DNA of 64,000 nt from Spirochaetia bacterium (GTDB lineage: Bacteria > Spirochaetota > Spirochaetia > SZUA-6 > Bin103), in contig CBDATQ010000001.1 of assembly GCA_965199955.1 (NCBI GenBank), forward strand, positions 96,001 to 160,000, read 5' to 3'. The translations under genes and the position numbers were made by a program. Shown here piece by piece: positions 9,802 through 20,146 of this stretch. The notes under the pieces are model-generated. The model ran no database searches. It was given only the letters and a program-made list of their open reading frames with translations, and had not been told where the DNA came from. Position 1 is the first letter of the stretch; each line of letters begins with the position of its first letter.

Positions 9802-10731
9802 ATGAGACTGCTCGGACGTTCCTTGCTCACCCTGCACGACCTTTCCCCCGACGAGCTCAGGGGGCTCCTGGACCTGTCCGCCGTCGTCAAGCGGCAGCGC
9901 CGCTCGGGAGAGCGGCACCAGCGATTCGCCGGACTGGCGCTGGCGATGCTGTACGAGAAGCCGTCCACCCGCACCCGCTCCGCCTTCGCGACCGCGTTCG
10001 GGGAAGAGGGCGGCATTCCGGTCGTGATGAACCGCGACGAGCTTCAGCTCGGCGCCAAGGAGTCGATCGAGGACACCGCGCGCGTGTTCGGCCGCATGTA
10101 CGACGCCATCCAGTACCGCGGCTACGCCCAGGAGACGGTCGAGACCCTGGCCCGGTACGCCGGCATCCCGGTGTACAATGGGCTCACCGACAGCCGGCAC
10201 CCCACCCAGGTGCTGGCCGACCTGCTCACCATCCGCGAGCACTACGGCGCTCTCGACGGCGTGTCGCTGGCCTACGTGGGCGACGCGCGCAACAACGTCG
10301 CCACCTCGCTCATGGTTGGCTGTTCCATGGCCGGCGTCGGCTGCACGCTGGTGGCGCCGAGCGAGCTGCAGCCGGCTCCGGAGCTGGTAGCGGCCTGCCG
10401 CAACGGATCGGCCGCGTCCCTCACGGTAAGCGCCGACCTGGAGGCCGTGGACGGGGCCGACATCGTCTACACCGACGTGTGGGCGTCCATGGGCGAGGAG
10501 GACCGCGAGGCGGAGCGCCTGCAGCTCCTGGCCGGCTACCAGGTCAATGACGCGCTGATGGGGCGGGCGGCCGACACCGCGATCTTCATGCACGACCTGC
10601 CGGCGGTGAAGGGCAACGAGGTCACCTACAGCGTTTTCGAGTCCTCCCGCTCGATGGTCTGGGAGCAGGCGGAGAACCGCAAGCACACGGCCAAGGCGCT
10701 GATGCTGGCGACGCTGGTCGGCGAAGAGTGA
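9802..10731 (+). CDS. argF: Ornithine carbamoyltransferase (HDLP variant)
   Basis: STRT, HPTQ, GDARNNV, DVWASMG, HDLP, QAENR. Confidence 0.85.
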   Translation: MRLLGRSLLTLHDLSPDELRGLLDLSAVVKRQRRSGERHQRFAGLALAMLYEKPSTRTRSAFATAFGEEGGIPVVMNRDELQLGAKESIEDTARVFGRMYDAIQYRGYAQETVETLARYAGIPVYNGLTDSRHPTQVLADLLTIREHYGALDGVSLAYVGDARNNVATSLMVGCSMAGVGCTLVAPSELQPAPELVAACRNGSAASLTVSADLEAVDGADIVYTDVWASMGEEDREAERLQLLAGYQVNDALMGRAADTAIFMHDLPAVKGNEVTYSVFESSRSMVWEQAENRKHTAKALMLATLVGEE

Positions 10732-11930
10732 GCGAAGCGAACCTCACTCGCAGAGTGAGCGGCCGGCTCGACCAGGCGCGCGCCGCGGTGCGCCGCTCCG
10801 GCTGCGCCGGCTGGCTGTTCTACAACGTCTACCACCGCGACCAAGTCGCCTACGCGGTGCTCGGAATCGGCGCCGGTGCCAGCAACAGCCGGCCGTGGTT
10901 GGCGGTGGTGCCGGCCGACGGCCCCGTGATCAAGCTCGTCCACGAGATCGAAGCCGGCGTCCTGGATCACGTGGGTGGCACGACGCACCGCTACGCGTCG
11001 CGCTTACGCTTCGCGGAGCTGCTCGGCGGCATCGCTCCGCCGGGCAGCGTTCTGGCCGCACAGTGCTCGGCCACCCTGCCGCGCCTGTCCACGCTCGACC
11101 ACGGCACCGCTTGCCTGCTGGAGCGGGCCGGCTTCACCCTGCAACCCTCCGATGACCTGGTGCAGTGGACGCTGGGCGGCCTGAGCGGCGCCCAGCTCGC
11201 CAGCCACGACCGCGCTGCGGAGGCGCTGCACGACATCGTCGCCGATTCCTGGCAGCGCATCGCGCGGGCCTGCGCCGCCGGGCGGGCCGTGACCGAAGGG
11301 GCCGTCCGCGACGGCATACTGGCCGCGTTCGAGGAGCGCGGCCTGGTCACCGATCACGAGCCGATCACCGCCTTCGGAGCGCATTCGGCCGATCCCCACT
11401 ACAGCGCGTCCGGCGCCGGAGCGGCGCTCGCGCCGGGCCAGGTGGTGCAACTCGACCTGTGGTGCAAGGAGCCCGCGCCGGAAGCGGTCTATGCCGACAT
11501 CTCCTGGGTCGGTGTGGCCGCGAGGCAGCCGACCGCACGACAACGGGATGCCTTCGCCGCGGTGCTCGCCGCCCGCGAACGCGCGGTGACGTTCCTGGCC
11601 GACGCAGCGGAGGCGGGCCGCACGGTGTCGGGCAGCGAAGTCGACCGCGCCTGCCGCCAGGAATTGGCCGAGCGCAATCTGCTGTCCGCGGTGCGGCACC
11701 GCACCGGCCACAGCATCGACACCGACCTGCACGGCTCCGGGGTGAACCTCGACTCGTTCGAGTTTCCGGACGAGCGCCCGGTCACCGAGGGCGCCTGCTT
11801 CTCGGTCGAGCCCGGCGTCTATTTCCCCGGCGAGTTCGGCATGCGCACCGAGATCGACGTATCCATACGGTGCGGCCGGCCGGTGGCATCCGGTGGCCCT
11901 GCCCAGGAGGCCCTGCTATCGTTGCCGTAG
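10728..11930 (+). CDS. M24 family (Xaa-Pro-type) aminopeptidase
   Basis: DPHY, DLW, ADIS, HRTGH, EPGVY, RTE metal-site motifs. Confidence 0.88.
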   Translation: MSEANLTRRVSGRLDQARAAVRRSGCAGWLFYNVYHRDQVAYAVLGIGAGASNSRPWLAVVPADGPVIKLVHEIEAGVLDHVGGTTHRYASRLRFAELLGGIAPPGSVLAAQCSATLPRLSTLDHGTACLLERAGFTLQPSDDLVQWTLGGLSGAQLASHDRAAEALHDIVADSWQRIARACAAGRAVTEGAVRDGILAAFEERGLVTDHEPITAFGAHSADPHYSASGAGAALAPGQVVQLDLWCKEPAPEAVYADISWVGVAARQPTARQRDAFAAVLAARERAVTFLADAAEAGRTVSGSEVDRACRQELAERNLLSAVRHRTGHSIDTDLHGSGVNLDSFEFPDERPVTEGACFSVEPGVYFPGEFGMRTEIDVSIRCGRPVASGGPAQEALLSLP

Positions 11931-11985
11931 CGTCCGCGGCCCTCTGGTTGCACTGCGCCCCGCCGCCGGCGTACTTCTTGCGCCC

Positions 11986-12987
11986 GTGACCGATTGCTAT
12001 CCGTTCGAGGTCCCGCCGGCCATCGAACGCTTTCTCTCAGCGCACGACACCTACCTCCTCCTCGGCCACCAGGATCCCGACGGCGACTGCCTGGCCTCGC
12101 CGCTGGCGCTCGCCAGCTTCCTGCGGCGCCGCGGCAAGCAGGCGCGCACCTTCTGCGAAGGTCCGTTCACCCGGCCGGAGATCGCCTCGTTCGCGCCGCG
12201 GTTCGCCCCCGGCGTGACCCCGCAGGACCGCTCCGGCGACGCGGCCGCCATCGTCCTGGACTGCTCGACCGCCGACCGCACGGGCGAGCCCGGAAAGGGC
12301 ATCGCGGGTCTGCCGACGCTGGTGATCGACCATCACGCGGCCGGCGAACCGTTCGGCGACGAGCGCCTGATCGTGCCGACGGTTCCCGCCACCGCGTTGC
12401 TCGTGCAGGGCCTGATCGAGCTGCTGGGCGACCGGCCGACGAAGGAGGAGGCCGACCTGCTGCTGTTCGCGACCTGCACCGATACCGGCTTCTTCCGTCA
12501 CCTGCGCAACGACACCGGCTACGTGTTCCGCGCCGTCGCGCGCCTGGTGGACGCCGGCGCCAGCACCGAGGCCGCCTACTCGGGCATGTTCGGCGCGCGC
12601 CCGTTCGAACGTCGCGTGATGCTCGGCCGCATGCTGGCCCGCTCCCAGCGTCTCTACGACGGGCTGCTCCTGTACACGGCGAAGTACGCGAGCGACCGGG
12701 CGGAGATCGGCGAGGCCGGGCGCGGCGACGACGACCTGTATTCGCTGCTGCAGACGGTCGCCGGCGCCGAAGCGCTGCTGGTCGTGCGCGAGGAGAGTCC
12801 GGGCGAATGCTCGGTGAGCATGCGGTCGACCACCGCTGTCGACGTCGGCTCGTGCGCGCACGAGCTGGGCGGGGGCGGTCATCCACAGGCGGCCGGATGC
12901 TCCTTTAGCGGCACCGTCGAGCAGGCCAGGCAGGCCGCGCTGGCGGTGCTGGCTCCCCAGATCGAACGGCTACAGCGACAGCGATAG
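11986..12987 (+). CDS. nrnA: DHH/DHHA1 phosphoesterase (NrnA-like)
   Basis: GHQDPDGD, IDHH, DTGFF, GGGGHPQAAG. Confidence 0.85.
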   Translation: MTDCYPFEVPPAIERFLSAHDTYLLLGHQDPDGDCLASPLALASFLRRRGKQARTFCEGPFTRPEIASFAPRFAPGVTPQDRSGDAAAIVLDCSTADRTGEPGKGIAGLPTLVIDHHAAGEPFGDERLIVPTVPATALLVQGLIELLGDRPTKEEADLLLFATCTDTGFFRHLRNDTGYVFRAVARLVDAGASTEAAYSGMFGARPFERRVMLGRMLARSQRLYDGLLLYTAKYASDRAEIGEAGRGDDDLYSLLQTVAGAEALLVVREESPGECSVSMRSTTAVDVGSCAHELGGGGHPQAAGCSFSGTVEQARQAALAVLAPQIERLQRQR

Positions 12988-13128
12988 CGACGTTCCCGCG
13001 GGCTCGGACGCTGGAGGAGCGCCCGTCGCCCATTTGAGTAAACACGGGTAAGGGGCGCGCCGAGGCGGCCCATCAACGGCCTCTCCGGCAGCCTGATCCT
13101 GGCACGCTTCCTGTTTCTCCTGGTCTTC

Positions 13129-14025
13129 ATGACGAAGTCAGTGACCAGGACCCTCGATGATCCGATGAAGCCGGCGGTGCTGCGCTACCAGCGCACCGGC
13201 GCCGGGCGGCGCGAACTGCTCAACCGGATCGGCGCATACGCCTACCGCTTTCCCCTCTGGCAGGGCGGACCGGTGGACGACGACGATTGCGGCGATTTCT
13301 ATCTGTACTGCCGGCCACGCCTGCAGGATTTGATCGACCGCTTCCAGGACCAGGGGCGGCCGTTCGAAGCGTACCTCAAGTCGGTCCTGACCTGGCAACT
13401 CCGCAGCTACTACCGCGCGAAGAGCCGCCGGGATGCCGCGTGGCGGCTCGCCGGTACCCCGCCGTTCTGGGATCCGGATGCGGCCGAGCTCAGTTCCGGC
13501 GCAGCCGACGGGCGCGCACGCCGGGCTCCCGCTGCTGCGCCGGCCACGCTGCCGGCCACGCTGGCTGCCGCAAAGGCCACGACGGCGGCGACCGGCAACC
13601 CGGCCGTGCGCAGGCGGTTTCTGTTCGCGGTGCTCAAGAACTGCCTGCGGATGCACGACACGCACGTGCCTGCCTGGGCCAGCCTGTGCGGCCGTGACGA
13701 TCTGCAGGCGCTGATCGGGGTGGCGCGCCGGGCGAGCAGGGCGTCGCAGCTCCGCTGGACCAAGCTCACCCAGCGGATCAATCACGCCTTCGCCATGGCG
13801 CGGCTCATCGAGGGACAGCTCCGCGAAGAGTCCGACGCGGACCGGCGGCGGCTCCTGGAGCATCGGCTGCAGCGTGCGCGCCGGACGGCAACCAACGCCA
13901 GGGCGGAGCTCGGGGCGGTGCGGCTGGGGCCGAGCAACCGGCAGATCGCCGAGCTCCTCGGGATCCCCAAGGGGACAGTGGACACCGGGCTGTTCTGGTT
14001 GAAGCACCGTTTCTCCCCGCGGTAG
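13129..14025 (+). CDS. Divergent sigma70-like protein (region 2- and region 4-like segments)
   Basis: C-terminal SNRQIAELLGIPKGTVDTGL HTH; N-terminal DFYLY...RF...FEAYLKSVL resembles sigma region 2. Confidence 0.55.
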   Translation: MTKSVTRTLDDPMKPAVLRYQRTGAGRRELLNRIGAYAYRFPLWQGGPVDDDDCGDFYLYCRPRLQDLIDRFQDQGRPFEAYLKSVLTWQLRSYYRAKSRRDAAWRLAGTPPFWDPDAAELSSGAADGRARRAPAAAPATLPATLAAAKATTAATGNPAVRRRFLFAVLKNCLRMHDTHVPAWASLCGRDDLQALIGVARRASRASQLRWTKLTQRINHAFAMARLIEGQLREESDADRRRLLEHRLQRARRTATNARAELGAVRLGPSNRQIAELLGIPKGTVDTGLFWLKHRFSPR

Positions 14026-14037
14026 CCTGCAGGTCAC

Positions 14038-14643
14038 TTGACGCTGCTACTGGCCAGCACCAACGCCGGGAAGGTCCGCGAGTTTCGCCGCGTGTTGCCG
14101 GAGGTGCAGGTGCTGACCCCCGCCGACCGCGGGCTGCCCTTCGCCTACGACGAACGGGGCGCCACCTTCCTCGACAACGCGCTCGGCAAGGCGCGCCATC
14201 TGTTCGCGATGACAGGCGCGGCCGCGGTGGCCGACGACTCCGGGCTGGTCGTACCGGCGCTCGGCGGCGCGCCGGGCGTGCGTTCCGCGCGCTACGGCGG
14301 CGACCTCACCCAGGAGCGGCGCAACCTCCTGTTGCTGGACGCTCTTGCTGGCGCGGCCGACCGTTCCGCGAGGTTCGTGTGCTGCGTTGCGGTGATGCTG
14401 GCCGATCACCGGCTTCTGGTCGCCCAGGAAACGGTGGAGGGCAGCATCATCTCCGCCCCGCGGGGCGCGGGCGGGTTCGGCTACGATCCGATCTTCCGGC
14501 CTCTTGGCGCCGGGAAGACCTTTGCCGAGATGGACGGCGCCGCCAAGGACGCGATCTCGCACCGCGGCCGGGCCCTGCGCCGGCTGCGCGCGGTGCTGCT
14601 GGATTCGATGAGCCATGCGGAACGGGCCGGGCGCCAAGGCTAG
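14038..14643 (+). CDS. rdgB: Non-canonical purine NTP pyrophosphatase (RdgB/HAM1)
   Basis: ASTNAGKVRE, ADDSGL, GVRSAR, GFGYDPIF, SHRGRA. Confidence 0.94.
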   Translation: MTLLLASTNAGKVREFRRVLPEVQVLTPADRGLPFAYDERGATFLDNALGKARHLFAMTGAAAVADDSGLVVPALGGAPGVRSARYGGDLTQERRNLLLLDALAGAADRSARFVCCVAVMLADHRLLVAQETVEGSIISAPRGAGGFGYDPIFRPLGAGKTFAEMDGAAKDAISHRGRALRRLRAVLLDSMSHAERAGRQG

Positions 14644-16018
14644 GCAGGGCGGGCGCGACCAGCGCCTGTTCGTTTGCACCTCGTGCGAGAGGCGTGAGCC
14701 CAAGTGGCTGGGGCGCTGCCCCAACTGCGGTGAGTGGAACAGCTTCCGCGAGATCGACGGCGGTTCTGCCGCCTCCGCCTCGGCTGCCGGCGAGGCACCG
14801 CTGGCGGTACCACTGGCCTCGATCGAAGCCGATCCCGGGCTCCGCGTCGCCTCCGGCAACGGCGAGCTGGACCGCGTTCTCGGAGGCGGGTTCATGCGCG
14901 GCTCGACCACGCTGATCGGCGGCGAGCCCGGGGTCGGCAAGTCCACACTGCTCCTGCAGGTCGCCGCGAAGCTGCAGACCGCCGGACGGGTGCTCTACGT
15001 CAGCGCCGAGGAATCGGCCGAGCACCTGCGGCTGCGCGCCGACCGGCTGCTGCTGCAGGCGCCGAGGCTGGAGGTCTGGGCGGGAGCGGAGCTGGGCGAG
15101 CTGTTGCGGCTGCTGGACACCGCCCGGCCGGCGGCGGTCATCGTCGACTCGCTGCAGGCCCTGACCGCCGCGGGCTCTTCCTCCCAGCCGGGCGCCGTGA
15201 ACCAGATCAAGGAGATCTGCGACGCGCTGACCGGCTGGACGCACGCGCGCAACGCGATCACGGTGCTGGTAGCGCACGTCACCAAGGAAGGCGGCATCGC
15301 CGGCCCCAAGGCGATCGAGCACATGGTGGACGTCGTCCTCTCCTTCGAGACCGGCAGCGCGGAGCTGCGCTTTCTGCGCGCGTCGAAGAACCGTTTCGGC
15401 CCGGTCGAAGAGGTGGCGCTCTTCGAGATGACCGGCCGCGGCCTGCGGCAGCTTGCCGATCCGGAGTCACGGTTCGTCGAGCATACGGGCACCGGCCGGC
15501 CGCCGCCCGGCGTGGCGATCGCCGCGATCTATGAAGGCTCACGCGTGCTGTGCGTCGAGGTACAGGCGCTCGCCGTGCCCGCGCAGCGCGCGAGCCCGCG
15601 CATCGTCTCCGACCGCATCGACGGCGGGCGGGTGGCTCGCATCGCCGCCGTGCTGCAGCGCTCGGTGCAGGTGCCGTTCCTTGACCGCGACATCTACATG
15701 AACGTCGCCGGCGGTCTGCGGCTGCGCGACGTGGCGGCCGACCTGCCGATCGCGCTGGCGCTGTACGGTGCACGCACCGAGCTCACCCCGGCCGCGACCC
15801 TCGCGGCCTTCGGCGAGATCACGCTGGCGGGGCAGATCCGGCGCGCGGTGGGCACCGAACGGCGCCTGCGGGCGGCCGCCGGCCTCGGCATCACCACCGT
15901 GCTCGCTCCGGGGCCGCTCCCCGCCGATCACGCATCCGGTTCGCGGGCGGTCGCCGACGTGCGCCAGGCCGTGCGGGCGGCCATGGTTCCGGCGGGCGCG
16001 GCCGCGGGAGGCGCGTAG
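14615..16018 (+). CDS. radA: DNA repair protein RadA/Sms
   Basis: CTSC...CPNC zinc finger, GEPGVGKST, KNRFG, Lon-like C-terminus. Confidence 0.95.
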   Translation: MRNGPGAKARQGGRDQRLFVCTSCERREPKWLGRCPNCGEWNSFREIDGGSAASASAAGEAPLAVPLASIEADPGLRVASGNGELDRVLGGGFMRGSTTLIGGEPGVGKSTLLLQVAAKLQTAGRVLYVSAEESAEHLRLRADRLLLQAPRLEVWAGAELGELLRLLDTARPAAVIVDSLQALTAAGSSSQPGAVNQIKEICDALTGWTHARNAITVLVAHVTKEGGIAGPKAIEHMVDVVLSFETGSAELRFLRASKNRFGPVEEVALFEMTGRGLRQLADPESRFVEHTGTGRPPPGVAIAAIYEGSRVLCVEVQALAVPAQRASPRIVSDRIDGGRVARIAAVLQRSVQVPFLDRDIYMNVAGGLRLRDVAADLPIALALYGARTELTPAATLAAFGEITLAGQIRRAVGTERRLRAAAGLGITTVLAPGPLPADHASGSRAVADVRQAVRAAMVPAGAAAGGA

Positions 16019-16024
16019 GCGGCC

Positions 16025-17221
16025 TTAGCGGAACAGGAGCGTTCCCAGCAACGGAAGGCCGATAAAGGTGCCCGCCGCGCTCCCCAGGGTGGCGCCCAGG
16101 AATACCACCAGCGCGTGGCTGATGCGGTTTCGGAAGAAGCCGCGGACGCTCATCAGGTCGTCCTGCAGCGACTCGAAATCGCTGACGCGCGGTTTGCGGA
16201 CCAAGGCCTCCACCGCGCCGCTGACGAACCCCACGCCGATGGTCGGGTTCATCGACGTGATGGGCGCCGCCAGGAACGAGACGATCACCGTGACCGGGTG
16301 CGCCAGGGCGACCAGCGCCCCCAGGGAAGCGAGCGATCCGTTGATCAGGACCCACCGGCCGAGCATCGTCAGCGTCAGATCGATGCCCGAACGCGCGAAG
16401 CCGACACCGATCACCGCGGCGACGATGGCCGGCACCAGCCACGGCAGGATCCGGCCGACTGTCGAGCGCGGCGGCGGCGCGCCGAGCTCATCGGTGTCGG
16501 GCAGTTCGCCGCCGGCGTCGATCTCCTGCAACGCGCGTACGACCCCGGCCTTGTGGCCGGCGCCCAGCACGGCGACGACCGGCCCGCCGCCCGGACCGGC
16601 GGCGCGGGCCGCCTGCGAGATGCGGGCAGCCAGGTAGCGGTCGCGCTCGTCGATCAGCACCGCTTTGGCCTTCGGCAGGTACTCGGCAAGCTCGGAGATC
16701 ATGCTGGTGAGCGCGCCGTCGGTCTTCAGCCGCTCGATCTCCTGCGGGTCGGGCTTCTCGGAGCTGAACGCGGTGACCAGGAGCGCCGACAGCAGCTTCG
16801 AGCGGCCCCACAGCCCGCTCTGCGACCACGCTCGCCGCAGAGTCACCTGGACATCCCGGTCGCAGAGCTCCACACGCGCTCCGGCCGCCTCGGCCTCCTC
16901 CACCGCCGCCAGCATCTCCGCGCCCGGCCGCACCTGGGCGTCCATGCCCATGCGCCGCTGGAACGCCGCCAGCACCATGTTGGCCAGCAGCAGGAACCCG
17001 CGCCGGCTGCGCAGCACGGAGCGGATGTCCAGATCCCGCCACGCATCCGGCTTGGTGAGCGTCTGGTAGCGCGCCTGGTCCAGCTCTACGCAGACCACCT
17101 CCGGCCTCTCGCGTTCGAGAAGCGCGCGCACGTCCTCGACGCTCCGTTGCGAGACGTGCGCGGTTCCCAGGATGACAATCTGCCGCCCGCCGAACGCCAC
17201 GCGCTCGAGCGGCGGCGTCAC
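16025..17221 (-). CDS. TraB/GumN-family protein with C-terminal membrane helices
   Basis: GTAHVS, CVELD, CDRDV, DERD, GAGH motifs. Confidence 0.9.
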   Translation of the reverse strand: MTPPLERVAFGGRQIVILGTAHVSQRSVEDVRALLERERPEVVCVELDQARYQTLTKPDAWRDLDIRSVLRSRRGFLLLANMVLAAFQRRMGMDAQVRPGAEMLAAVEEAEAAGARVELCDRDVQVTLRRAWSQSGLWGRSKLLSALLVTAFSSEKPDPQEIERLKTDGALTSMISELAEYLPKAKAVLIDERDRYLAARISQAARAAGPGGGPVVAVLGAGHKAGVVRALQEIDAGGELPDTDELGAPPPRSTVGRILPWLVPAIVAAVIGVGFARSGIDLTLTMLGRWVLINGSLASLGALVALAHPVTVIVSFLAAPITSMNPTIGVGFVSGAVEALVRKPRVSDFESLQDDLMSVRGFFRNRISHALVVFLGATLGSAAGTFIGLPLLGTLLFR

Positions 17222-17288
17222 GACGGCGGGGGGCGCATCGGCGAAGCCGTCCGCCCGCTGCTGCTCGTCGGCGGCCTCCGGCGCCGCG

Positions 17289-17951
17289 TCAGCGATGCTG
17301 ATACGCGCTCCCGATATAGGTGACGCGGACCTGCTTGTACGGCCCGTCGCCTTCGCTCTCCGTGCTCACGTCGTCCACTCCGCTGATGGTGGTATGCACC
17401 AACCTGCGCTCGAAGGGGTTCATCGGCTCGAGCAGTTGCGACCGCCCCGATCGCTGCACGTCACGCGCCACGCGCATCGCCATGCGGGTCAGGCTCTGCT
17501 CGCGGCGGTAGCGGTAGTCCTCGGTATCCAGGATCACCCGCGGCCCGTCCTCATGCCGGCGACCGCACGCGATGTTGGTCAGGAGCTGCATGGCCTCCAG
17601 CGTGGTGCCATGCCGGCCGATGAGAATGCCGGCGTCATCGGAGATCATCTCGAGGACGACGCGGTCGTCCTCCCGGGTGGCGATGCGCAGATCGGCCTCG
17701 ATCCCCATGTGGCGCAGCAGGTCGGAGACGAACCCCGCGGCCTCCGACTCCTGCTCGGTGTGCGGCTCCAGGTCCTCCACCGCCTGCTCTTCCCCGACGT
17801 GCACACGGATGGTGACCTTTCCGCCGCCGAACAGGCCGGATCGGGCCTTGACCACTTCGACGTCGATTTCGTCCTCATCGAGACCCATCGCCTCGATCGC
17901 GTTGGCGATCGCCTCCTTCTCGGTGCGCCCTTCGAACTCGTGTACCTCCAT
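17289..17951 (-). CDS. jag: Jag/EloR/KhpB RNA-binding protein
   Basis: Jag_N FEGRT, KH LIGRHGTTL, R3H ERRLVH. Confidence 0.93.
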   Translation of the reverse strand: MEVHEFEGRTEKEAIANAIEAMGLDEDEIDVEVVKARSGLFGGGKVTIRVHVGEEQAVEDLEPHTEQESEAAGFVSDLLRHMGIEADLRIATREDDRVVLEMISDDAGILIGRHGTTLEAMQLLTNIACGRRHEDGPRVILDTEDYRYRREQSLTRMAMRVARDVQRSGRSQLLEPMNPFERRLVHTTISGVDDVSTESEGDGPYKQVRVTYIGSAYQHR

Positions 17952-18022
17952 CGTCACTCCTCACACGCGCCGTTCGACGACGGCGCCGTCACGTCAGTTC
18001 ACTGCCCGCTTTGCGGGGCTCG

Positions 18023-19801
18023 CTACGCAGGCCGCTTCTTCCTCGGGGCCGTCGCTCCGCCCGACCGAGGCTTGCCGGGGGTGTCGCCGCGGCTGTTGAT
18101 GTAGAGCTGCTGCACGACCGTCAGGATGTTCTGCACCGTCCAGTACAGGACCAACCCCGACGGCATGTCGTAGAGGATGAAGAAGAAAAAGATGGGCATC
18201 GCGTACTGCAGCATCTTCATCTGGCTGGCGTTGGCGCCCTGCGCCGTTGGCATGATCTTGGTCTGCAGGAAGGTGGAGCCCAGCATGAAGAACGGAAGCA
18301 GCCGCAGTTCGTCCCAGCCGAGCAGCGGGAGCTGGAAGCCCAACGGCAGGAAACTCTCCGGCGCAGACAGATCGGCGATCCACCCCGTGATGAAGGAGGC
18401 GCCGCGCAGGTCGAAGTGTTCGATCAGCACCGTGTACAGCGCGAAGAAAATCGGCATCTGCAGCAGCATGGGCAGGCAGCCGCCGACCGGATTCACCTTC
18501 TCGCGGCGATACAGGTCCATGGTCGCCTGGTTCAGGCGCTCGGGCTTGCCCTTGAACTTCTCGCGCAGTTCCTGGATCTGCGGCTGAAGCTGCGCCATCC
18601 GCTTGGTCGACTCCGAGCTCTTGCGCGTGAGCGGGAAGAACACCACCTTGATGAAGACGGTGAGCAGGATGATCGCCACGCCGTAGTTGGGGATCACCCG
18701 ATAGAACGCGTCCAGCAGGAAGCGCACGATGTTGGCCAGCCAGCCGATGATCGCCGCCGTGCTGACGGTCTCCTCCAGGTGGAGCTGGTCGACGGCCGGC
18801 AGAGCCGGGTCGTTGTAGCGGGCGAGCGTGCTGCGGTCCTTGGGTCCGGCGTAGATGCGGAAGACATCCGTTTCCCCGACGCTGGCGATCGCCGGCCGGC
18901 CCAGGTACAGGGCAGTGCGCCGGTCGATTTCGGGATCGGGGCGGCCGTCGTAGGTGATCCGGTAGTCGGTCTGGTCCGGGATCACCACCAGAGTGAAGTA
19001 CTTGCCGACGATGCTGGTCCAGCGGACGCGGCGTTCTTCCAGGGTCAGATCGTTGCGCAGCCGCTGCCGCTTGCGCTTGCCCTCCGGGTAATAGCGAATG
19101 TATTCCCGGTATTCGTTGCGCCGGTCGAGCTTTTCATAGTCCGGTCCGAGCTGCGGCGCGATGCCGAGCGTGTAGCTGACACCGCCGAAGTCGAGCGCCG
19201 GCACCGCGTTCACGGAGTTCTCGATTTGGATGCGCAGCTCGAACAGGTACTCCAGGTCGAACCGGTAGGTCTTGATCAGCCGGAACGGCGTGCCGTCGGT
19301 GCCCACGAAATCGCGGCTGAACTCCCAGGTCGTCGCGTCGACTTGCTGGAACGCGAACGGATCGTCGCTCGGCGCCGTGTCCACGCCCCCGAACGCGACG
19401 GTCAGGTACTCCGTACCGTCTTCCGGGCGATGGACCAGCTCGACCGACTCGCCGTTGACGTCCAGGTGATCCTTGAGCTGGAGCGACGCGATGGTGCCAC
19501 CTGTCCGCGAGAACACGATCCTGAAGACATCGGTCTCCCGGTGGATCAGGTCTTCCGCGAACGCGCCGCCGCCGGTGCCGGCCGCCTCGGAGTCGGCTGC
19601 CGTCACCGCGCTTGGCGCCAGGTCGGCGAGCGGTACGGCCGGCTGTGACCGGCCGCCGAACAGCGACGGCATCTGCGGCTGGGTCTGCTCCTGGGTTTCC
19701 GCTCCCTCTTCCAGCGGCAGCGGATCCGGCGCGAACAGCAGGGTGTAGGCCAGAATCACGCCGACGGAGAGGACGACGGCAAGGATGGTCTTTACGTCCA
19801 T
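18023..19801 (-). CDS. yidC: Membrane protein insertase YidC
   Basis: NYGVAIILLT, GGCLPMLLQMPIF, GLVLYW; large periplasmic domain. Confidence 0.96.
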   Translation of the reverse strand: MDVKTILAVVLSVGVILAYTLLFAPDPLPLEEGAETQEQTQPQMPSLFGGRSQPAVPLADLAPSAVTAADSEAAGTGGGAFAEDLIHRETDVFRIVFSRTGGTIASLQLKDHLDVNGESVELVHRPEDGTEYLTVAFGGVDTAPSDDPFAFQQVDATTWEFSRDFVGTDGTPFRLIKTYRFDLEYLFELRIQIENSVNAVPALDFGGVSYTLGIAPQLGPDYEKLDRRNEYREYIRYYPEGKRKRQRLRNDLTLEERRVRWTSIVGKYFTLVVIPDQTDYRITYDGRPDPEIDRRTALYLGRPAIASVGETDVFRIYAGPKDRSTLARYNDPALPAVDQLHLEETVSTAAIIGWLANIVRFLLDAFYRVIPNYGVAIILLTVFIKVVFFPLTRKSSESTKRMAQLQPQIQELREKFKGKPERLNQATMDLYRREKVNPVGGCLPMLLQMPIFFALYTVLIEHFDLRGASFITGWIADLSAPESFLPLGFQLPLLGWDELRLLPFFMLGSTFLQTKIMPTAQGANASQMKMLQYAMPIFFFFILYDMPSGLVLYWTVQNILTVVQQLYINSRGDTPGKPRSGGATAPRKKRPA

Positions 19802-19819
19802 GATCGGTGTCTGGTCCTG

Positions 19820-20050
19820 CTAAGGGACCGGGTCGTAGCCTCCGGACCCGAGCGGATGGCAGCGCGACAGGCGCCGCAGCGACATCCAGGCGCCGCGCAG
19901 GATGCCATGCCGGATCAGCGCCTGCCTGGTGTATTCGGAGCAGGTCGGGGTGAATCGGCACGACGGCGGCAGCCACGGTGACGCGACGAGCTGGTAGATC
20001 CGTACGGCGCCGGCGGCGGCCAACCGCAGCGCGTTGCGCACGGAGGACAT
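19820..20050 (-). CDS. yidD: Membrane protein insertion efficiency factor
   Basis: [10 protein letters not shown]...RCHP...GGYDPVP. Confidence 0.94.
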   Translation of the reverse strand: MSSVRNALRLAAAGAVRIYQLVASPWLPPSCRFTPTCSEYTRQALIRHGILRGAWMSLRRLSRCHPLGSGGYDPVP

Positions 20051-20146
20051 GGGGAGGTCGCTTTGCGCATCCTGTTCCTTGCTGTCGGGACCGGCCGGCA
20101 CGTTGCCGGCGGCCGGGCGCGATCTGTTGCGGTTCAAGGGTGGCAG

